Origin: Girardia tigrina
Taxonomy: Eukaryota
DNA: 59,391 nucleotides
Direction of reading: 5' to 3'
NCBI GenBank assembly: GCA_001938485.1
Contig: MQRK01247609.1
Coordinates: 1-59,391, forward strand
The notes beneath the pieces are model-generated. The model was given only the letters and a program-made list of their open reading frames with translations, ran no database searches and had not been told where the DNA came from. Positions 51,830 through 59,391 of this stretch are shown here, one piece after another. Each line of letters opens with the position of its first letter. Within the stretch, counting starts at the first letter, position 1. The translations under genes and the position numbers were made by a program.

Positions 51830-53804
51830 AAGATATCCTGGGATATACATTGAATGCTCAAAGCTATGGCCCCTATATAGAGCATCTTTGACTTGTGTTG
51901 GAGATTAATGTTATTAACCGGCTACTGGTGCATCTGCCGTGACTTTGTCGGTAAGATTTGTCGTCAACGCATTTGACATCAGTGAGTTATATTGACCGTT
52001 ATTGTGTTTATGCCATGTCGAGTTGGAATATTTGATATTCGACACTACGCACATTTTGGTCAAATTTTTTATAGTTGTACCAGAAAGATGTAATTTGTTT
52101 TAAAGCAGGTTGTCATTATCGGCAGGTCAAGATTCTAAACTCGACAACAATTGCTCCTAACATTACAGTCCATCCTTTATGAACCGCCTTTGCTTCAGTT
52201 AGCAGATCTTTATATTTCTTTTTGTTGTTATCTCTGGCATCTTTAAGTGCTTTGATTGTGTCATAAGGGGTTCCATGGTTATAAACTTGATAAATCAACC
52301 CGGCTTCCCGAAACATACAATCATACTCTCGATTCATGATGATTTTTAAAATTGGTTTCTCTGCAAGTAAAACATCTTTGACGATTTCTGCGATTGTATT
52401 ATGTCAGGCCTGTATCAGAGTGCTGTTGGGTTTATACCAACATAGAACATGGATCTGTGTTTCTATATCTTGACCATATACCCTGCACATCGATTGTTGT
52501 CTTGGTTTTTTCGGCTTATAATTGGTTGGTAAACTAATAGTCTTTGCAGTGTGTAAAAAGCACCATTCCTCAATAGATAATGACTCGTTGTAAAGTACTT
52601 TGGAGCTGAAGTTCTGCCAATGAGATGACTGACATTCCAGCCATCCTTTGTTTGCTCCATTTGTCAAATTTCATTTTGTTATAGATGCTGTGCAAGGGGA
52701 AAGTTATATTGTCGATTGAATATTCACTTAGTATCATGCAGTCATTGGATATGTGAACTTTTAAACAAATACCTAGCTCGTTGGTGACGAACTGAATTTG
52801 TAACCCAATGCCTCTCAGGTATTTGAGTGAATTCCGAATCTTGGTCCACCAAAATTTAAATCCATTCTCTTTGTCACCTGTGTTGAACCAGTAAGCTTGA
52901 ATTATAGATTGTATTGCGTATCCATCTCGGGCAGAGTCTAAGCCTAAATTTTTCTTGTCAGCATAAATGTAGTCATTGGATGAATTTGGGACCGTTCCAC
53001 AAATCTTCTTTAAGTAACGACTAATTTCAAAGTCAAGGCCGCTTTTAAGGATAGATTTTGTGGTTTCGTGGTGGCCTTAATCCTTAAGTTACCTGTTTGG
53101 TTTATTATAATTTCGAAAATAGAAGGTGAATCGTGAGTGTATAAAGATTCTATACGCTTCTATTTTCTGCCAGGGAAATAGTATTGATTTGGTTATTTTT
53201 TTCAAGTCCTTAATAGCTGATAGAAATAGACGTTCAGGAATGAATTTTGTCTTTCTGGTAAAGTCTACTCCGAGATAACGGTAACCTCCTTCGTCTGTGA
53301 CTATAGGTATTATTATGTTATTAATATGGATTGATTCATTCATAAGAGGAGTTGATAAATATCCACATTTGGCTGGATTGAACTTTATAGAAGTCCATTC
53401 AACCATATCACATGCAGATGAAACCATGGCTTGTAAACAAGAATTGCTGGTTGCAACTAGTACAATATCATCTACATATGCCAGACAAGTAATCTTACCA
53501 GCCTCGGTGTCAATACCAAAAGCATCATTATCTTGTAGTGCAGCCAAAATCGGATCAATGCCAACGCTGAACCACAGCATTGATAGAGGACATCCTTGTC
53601 TAACCCCCCTCTTGATTGATATGTATTCAGTCGTACAATCATTGCAGGTATATATTGATGAACAATCCTAGTACAGATTTGCATTGAGAGAGCAGGAGAA
53701 TGAATCTAGACCTTTTCTTCTGAGAACTTCAAATATATTTTTAATATATGATTAATTGGAATGCTGCCAAACGCATCAGTTAGATCGAGGAATGCAATGT
53801 GAAT
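51830..53804 (-). mobile_element. NeSL/Utopia-clade RLE retrotransposon, copy B (5'-truncated in RT, several internal deletions)
   Basis: Roughly 90% identical to 19763-21890. It supplies LAYVDDIVLV and PWQKIEAYRIFIHSRFTFYFR, which are masked in copy A. C-rich junction (cccgcccccc) at the 5' end. Confidence 0.92.
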
Positions 53805-53949
53805 GGGGGGCGGGTATTTTCTTTCTATAATTGTTTACTTTCTTTCATTAAATTTTCTTTTCTGGTACCTTCTTCCTCTTCGTAACCTACACACCAAAAT
53901 AAAATAAAGAAACAAATAAAATATGAAATTAAAACAATACATGACTACC

Positions 53950-54520
53950 AGTTAAAATTGGTTACAGAGAACCAGAGATTCGACAATTATTGTGAAAAAC
54001 ACGTTATTCGAAAAGCTTTCATGATCTTTTTTTGTTCAATGCAAATTGTTAGAAATTTTTTCTGTGCAAATAACGAACGGGAATTCAAAACATGGTGAAT
54101 AAAAATATATGATCGTCTCACAAAAAGATTCTTCACTTTAAAAATGGAAATGGTGTTTTTGGACCAACGTGATAGTTGCGAACTATCTTTTAACACTATG
54201 TGAAATACCATAAACAAACTGAAGACGATTCCGAACTAAACGGTTCTCTCAAGAAAACCATCCGAGATATGATTGAGAGAGAGGGACTCTGTTGGCCAAA
54301 GCATAATTCCAAAATTCACAATAGTGTCAGGTAGCGCCGTGGCCGAACATGAGCGCTACTCTCACGAAAATCTTCACATCGCGGAGCTAGTCCATCTGGA
54401 GCAGAACAACTGTGGATCCAGAGCGACACCCGATCAGGATTTCTAGTGGGTGGACCCCCAACACTTGAGTGACTTGGAGCGTAGTTAATTCGCATAACCG
54501 GCTGGATCATAAGCAATAAT
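53950..54520 (+). mobile_element. Probable 3' fragment of a third RLE retrotransposon family with a GC-rich structured 3' UTR
   Basis: Degenerate KIYDRL...MVF-GPT and SLKKTIRDMIEREGLCWPKHNS resemble RLE C-termini; hairpins follow (gtagcgc/gcgctac, tctgga/tccaga). Confidence 0.4.
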
Positions 54521-56026
54521 AATATTTTAACAGGGAAATATATTATAGCAATATTTTTTGATAAAGTGACAAAAAAGGATCCTTAGTGAAAAATAATAAT
54601 AAAAAATACATCGTTTATATTGAATACTAGTTTTTTCTTAAGTTCTCTCTTATCAGTTTTATATACAGTTTTATTCATTTAAAAAATAATGAACATGTAA
54701 GCAGCTGTCTTTTCTCTCAAATATGCAATTAACAAAAATTAAAATGTTTTAACTGACAGAATTTATTCATAATTCTCAAAGTGAGAATGGTAAAAAAACA
54801 ATCAATTCCGAGTAAATTGTACTTCAGTTTTATTTGTTTGTATTTGTTGTTTTTTTTTGTTTAAAAGGAAAATAAATAATTAAAACAGTGTAGTTATTGA
54901 CAAATTATAAAAAAATAATAATATAAAAAATGTTTATGTTTGTCAAATATGGAAGGACATTTCTTTTCTGAATTCAAGTTTTATTTCTCAATAAAATAAA
55001 TTTTCAAATAAACTTTTTTTGTTTGTTTTATTAAATTTTCAAATATTTTAGAAGTAAAAAAAATAATTTAAATAAAACATTTTTCAGTGATAAATTAACG
55101 TGACAAAAGAAAGAAGGAAAAAACCCATTCAGACAATTAATTGTTTATTAATTTATTATTTTTATATTTTCTTTCATCAAACAAACAAATGACTTTTGTT
55201 TTATTATTGAATAAAAATTTTATTTTTATTTTTTTCGAAATAAAAACGTTTTTCTTCTACATAATTAATGATTAATAAAAAAATTAATATTTTACCTAGA
55301 TGTTTTTTGGGTTTTTTTTAAATTTCAAAGCTCATTAGTTGCCCGTCTAAATTGTATAAATTGAAATAAAATTTACATAAAAATTACAAAAATTACCCAA
55401 TATTAAATAATGTATTCCTTATGTAATTTTTATTTCATTCGGATAAAAATTAGTAACAATTCGTTCAAAAAAGGAAAAGAATTAAATTGTTTTAGAAAAT
55501 AAATTCATAATTTATGTAAATTTCTATTCAGAAACTAAATTATTTTCAACAATAAATAAAAAATAATTATTTTTAAACTCGGTTTTTGTTGTTGATTTTT
55601 CAAAAAATTATTTTTCATAGAAAAATATTACGGCTTATATTTAAAATATTTTATGGGATTATTTATTGGAATTATATTTGATGTTAAAAATTGCTCTGAG
55701 TAAAGAATAATTTGAGAAAAGTATATACAGAAAAATAAATTTTCAAAAATAAACACTATAAAAAAGATTTTCATGTTTCGTGAATATAAAATGCATTTCT
55801 TTTTTAAGATGGAAAAGAAAGGAAACATTTGGTCTTTCGTGTTTCTTTTTTACTCTCTGGTCTTCTATACGTTTGCTATCATGGAGTACTCAGATTTAGT
55901 TAGATATGAAAATAAATTTGAAAATTTTCCTAAACCTTCCTAAAACCCCAAGAGATGGTTTGTGTCAATATTTTTGCGAAAAAAATCATCATCGCCTTTC
56001 TACAAGGCGCTCTGAGAGCTTATCTA

Positions 56027-57236
56027 TTAAATTATTCTAAAAGTTCCAGGTCAAAAATGAAAAATACAATTTTGTGTGCAAGAATTTATTTTAAATAAAT
56101 AAAAATTAATCTTCTAAGTACAGTCCATCGTTTTCGACTACTTTCTGCCAATGGTCTGCAAGCTTTCGGATCTGGTCAAAGTTCAATTCCGGCTGCTTCG
56201 CATTGAAGAACTCTTGACATACTTGTAAAACTTCATCGAATGCTTTGAATCGGCGGCCTTTCAAAAAGTGTTGCATGGATCGGAAGAGGCCATATTTGGA
56301 TGGAGTGCAATCAAGACTCTAAGCAGGATACGGCAGGCTATCGACTACATCCAACTCTTGGAACCTGTCCAAGATCTTCTTGGTGGTATGCGGCTTGGCA
56401 TTGTCTTGCTGAAGCAGCCTACGTTTTCGGTTGATTAAGGCAGGGTACTTCTCCTTGAGCTTCTCGTAGACACGGTCAGCTGTTGACAATATAGCTCTGC
56501 ATTAATGGTCTCGCCGTTTTGAACCAACTCAAAGTTCCACCAGACCCTCAACATAATTTTTAAGCCAAATCGATCTTGTTTTGAAACTGACGGCGTTGCT
56601 TAACCCGGTGGAACTCTTCACTTGTATCGGTTGTGGTTGACCAAGTAGACCAACTTCTCGTCCGATGTCACAATTCGTTTCCAAAAGCGGTCATCTCGTA
56701 GATTCTGTAGCAGTTGTCGGCAAATTTGGACTCTTTTATTGGCCTGTGCTTTGGTAAATTCGTGTGGATCTTAACGCGGTTTCTTGTGCACAAAGTCGAA
56801 CTGCTTCAAATGCCAATGTATGGTTGACTTGCCAACTACAAGCTTAAATTGTAAATCACGAGTGCTAGACGAAGGCTTCATGTCCAACTCTGCTTGAAAG
56901 TCATCGTTATCCAATTTTGTTTGTCGTCCAGAACGAGGACTGTCATTCAAGTCAAAGTTGTCTTTAGTGAAACGCTTGAAAAAATCAATTGCCGAACTTT
57001 TTCCGACCGTTTTTGTACCTTCAACTTTACAAATTGCCTTGGCAGCATCTTGTGTTAACAAGCCTTTCTTCCAATAGTGACGCAGCAACACACGGATTTC
57101 AAGCTTTGTAATCTCGTAGTCCGTATAATGCTATAAATAAATCGATATATATCAATATCAAATAAATAATGCCAAAAAGAAATTTAAAAAAAAATTGTAT
57201 TTTCATTATTGACCGGGAACTTTTAGGACAACTTAA
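56027..57236 (-). mobile_element. Mariner transposon, copy 2 of the 47045-48213 family; pseudogene
   Basis: TA TSDs; right TIR ttgaccgggaacttttaggacaacttaa, left TIR decayed (ttaaattattctaaaagttccaggtcaa). N-terminus LLRHYWKKGL...DSPRSGR. Confidence 0.94.
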
Positions 57237-57419
57237 TACTATGACTTGAATGTCTGATCTATATAAACCATTCTACTTTGAGATCATTTATTGTTATGCT
57301 ATATACGTGATATCAGATTTTTTAAATTCACAGTTGGTACTTTCTCTAGTTGTTGATGTAAAATTAAAATTAAAATCAGTTTATATTCAATAATTTATTC
57401 AAAAATTATTTGTTTAAAC

Positions 57420-57601
57420 CAATGGTTTCCAACCTGTGGCAATGGGGGGCATGCAGCTGTTTCCAAAATATCATTTTCGAATACAAACCAAAAAAATCGA
57501 ATAGGTGTCACAAAAAATGAATCAATAATTTGTTTTTTTAAAAGAGGGCGCACCAATTTTTTTAAAAGGGTCCGCCGGTACAAAAAGTTTAGAAACCACT
57601 G
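57420..57601. mobile_element. hAT (Charlie/Buster-type) MITE, 182 bp
   Basis: Perfect 8-bp TSD gtttaaac (57412-57419, 57602-57609); TIRs caatggtttccaac / gtttagaaaccactg. Confidence 0.9.
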
Positions 57602-57989
57602 GTTTAAACCATTATGTATTTGTTGCTGTCTAATAATTGTTTGTGCATATGCAGAGTTTATTGTGTATCAATGTATATTTTGTAAATGTGATGAGGAGAG
57701 ATTTCGGATAATTTTTTATGTTTTAAAATAAAATTGTTCGTGAACTAAATTGAAATTGAAAATATATTTATATAAATAAATTTAAATTTGTCATAGTGTA
57801 AAACAATATTGACCAAGATGACAGGTTGGGTTGGTCGGTCGCAGCGAAGACGTTCATGAACTCAACCAAAATTTTAAAATAACGATATTTTTCATTGTTT
57901 TTTTTTGTACTTTTTGGATATGAATTTGATTCATATAATTTCATTTGGCTGTTCTCTGTGGTTCAGGAGGATGAGTATAAAATAAGTAG

Positions 57990-58500
57990 CTTGAAATGAG
58001 ATTAAGACAAGGGACTACAAAAGTCAAGTGTTCTTGAACTGAATGCGTTTGTTGAACACGGGTTTGTAGAGTTCAGTATGAGATGCTCATATTTGCATTC
58101 AATCAGACGCTCTATCGCAAAAAAAATTATAAGATCTTTCTCAATGAGGTGGCCTTTCAGAAAACAATGCGATGTATAATTCAAAAATATTTTGAATTGA
58201 TTAAATTCTGCTTGATTTGTGATAATCAAGATAAAATCATTTTAGTATTCCAGTCTCGCTACTCTCTATATCTGGACATTGATCAAATTCCACATATTTA
58301 ATGACACAATCTTGCCTTAAGGAATTTAATAAAACTAAATCTAGCAAGTGATATAAAAGAAGGAATTTCCATTCATAACTATTATTTATATTATTTCAAA
58401 ACACTTTTAGTGTATTTCCAAAGACATATGTCGCCAAGTTACATTACAAATGAAAATAATTAAAGCCAGCTAAATATTGTATCAATAATAGTTTTAATTA
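57990..58500 (+). pseudogene. piggyBac (PGBD4-like) transposase remnant
   Basis: ELNAFV, FQKTMR..FELIKFCL..DN and KPAKY motifs across frames. Confidence 0.55.
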
Positions 58501-58809
58501 AGTTATAAATTATGAAGTTTGTGTCAAAAAATATGCACTTCATTCAATGGTTTTTAATTTATCGTTGCTCATTATGAACAAAAAGGTCATCTTCTTTCTT
58601 TACAGTCCCTATAAAAAGCTACTTCAGCTAAGAAAGCAATTAGAAAACTTTGAGTTAGGCTTATACATATCGGCCAAAAGAATTTCGAAAAAGTATATAT
58701 ACAGAAAGAATTGCTGACTAAAATATTCCTTATAATAAATCAATCTTTATTAATGTCAATGAATGGTAGTAATGATAATTCTTGAATACATATATTGATG
58801 TACATTTTA

Positions 58810-59391
58810 TTAGGTGTATAACTTAGTTTTTGGATTTTCTAAGAGATGGTGTAACCTTTGTAATAAGCATTATTTTACAGTCGTACGTACAGATTTTTAA
58901 AGTTCTGAAATCGAGGGATTAAAATGAAGTAGGTCATTGACCTTAAATGCGTCATAAACATATTTTGAATCATGTTTTAGCATGACAACTTTGATACCAA
59001 CAAAACAGCATTTGCGAAAGCACTACTGTTTTGCTTTAATCAAAAGAAAAAAGCTGCAGACAGTTTTTGGCTTCTTGAAGAAACTTATGGTCAACATGCA
59101 CCAACTCAACAGACTTGCGAGAACTGGTATAAATGTTTCAAAAGTGGAGATTTCGAAGTAAGTGACAAAGAGCGTTCCGGTCAACCAAAAAGATTCGAAG
59201 ATGAAGATTTGGAATCATTACTGAAGAAAGATCCTACTCAAACAGAGAAAGAGCTTGCAAAACAGTTAAATTTTACTCAAGCAGACATAAGTAAACGTCT
59301 ACATGCTATGAAAATGATTCAAAAAGAAGGAAAATGGATACCACATGAATTGAATCAAGCCAACATTGAAAGTCGATTACTGATATTCAAT
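58810..59391 (+). mobile_element. Mariner transposon (mauritiana-subfamily-like), runs off the window end
   Basis: TA + TIR ttaggtgtataacttag. ATG at 58982: MTTLIPTKQHLR/(frameshift)ALLFCFNQKKKAA...FKSGDFEVSDKERSGQPKRFED...GKWIPHEL. Confidence 0.92.

Overview
Very AT-rich eukaryotic (probably invertebrate) scaffold that is almost entirely decayed transposons, with one clearly intact host gene: an intronless, divergent CAMK-like Ser/Thr kinase (38750-39679, minus). DNA transposons: seven mariner copies from about six families, a Tc1, two pogo/Tigger derivatives, a composite hAT holding two different hAT transposases head-to-head, a hAT MITE and piggyBac debris. Retroelements: an internally deleted Gypsy with TG...TA LTRs plus a related LTR end at 1-123; four Penelope-like (PLE) remnants; two copies of a NeSL/Utopia-clade RLE retrotransposon (one keeps part of a Ulp1 protease) sharing a more diverged 3' flank; two other RLE 3' fragments; and an RTE-like family with several C-terminal C2H2 fingers. 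RNA motifs: four minimal hammerhead ribozyme motifs and a candidate HDV-like ribozyme. Best leads are possible target specificity of the NeSL-like family, the ribozyme-bearing elements, and the kinase lying between ~400-bp direct repeats. All calls come from manual reading and motif recognition; no searches or folding programs were run, and percent identities are rough eye estimates.
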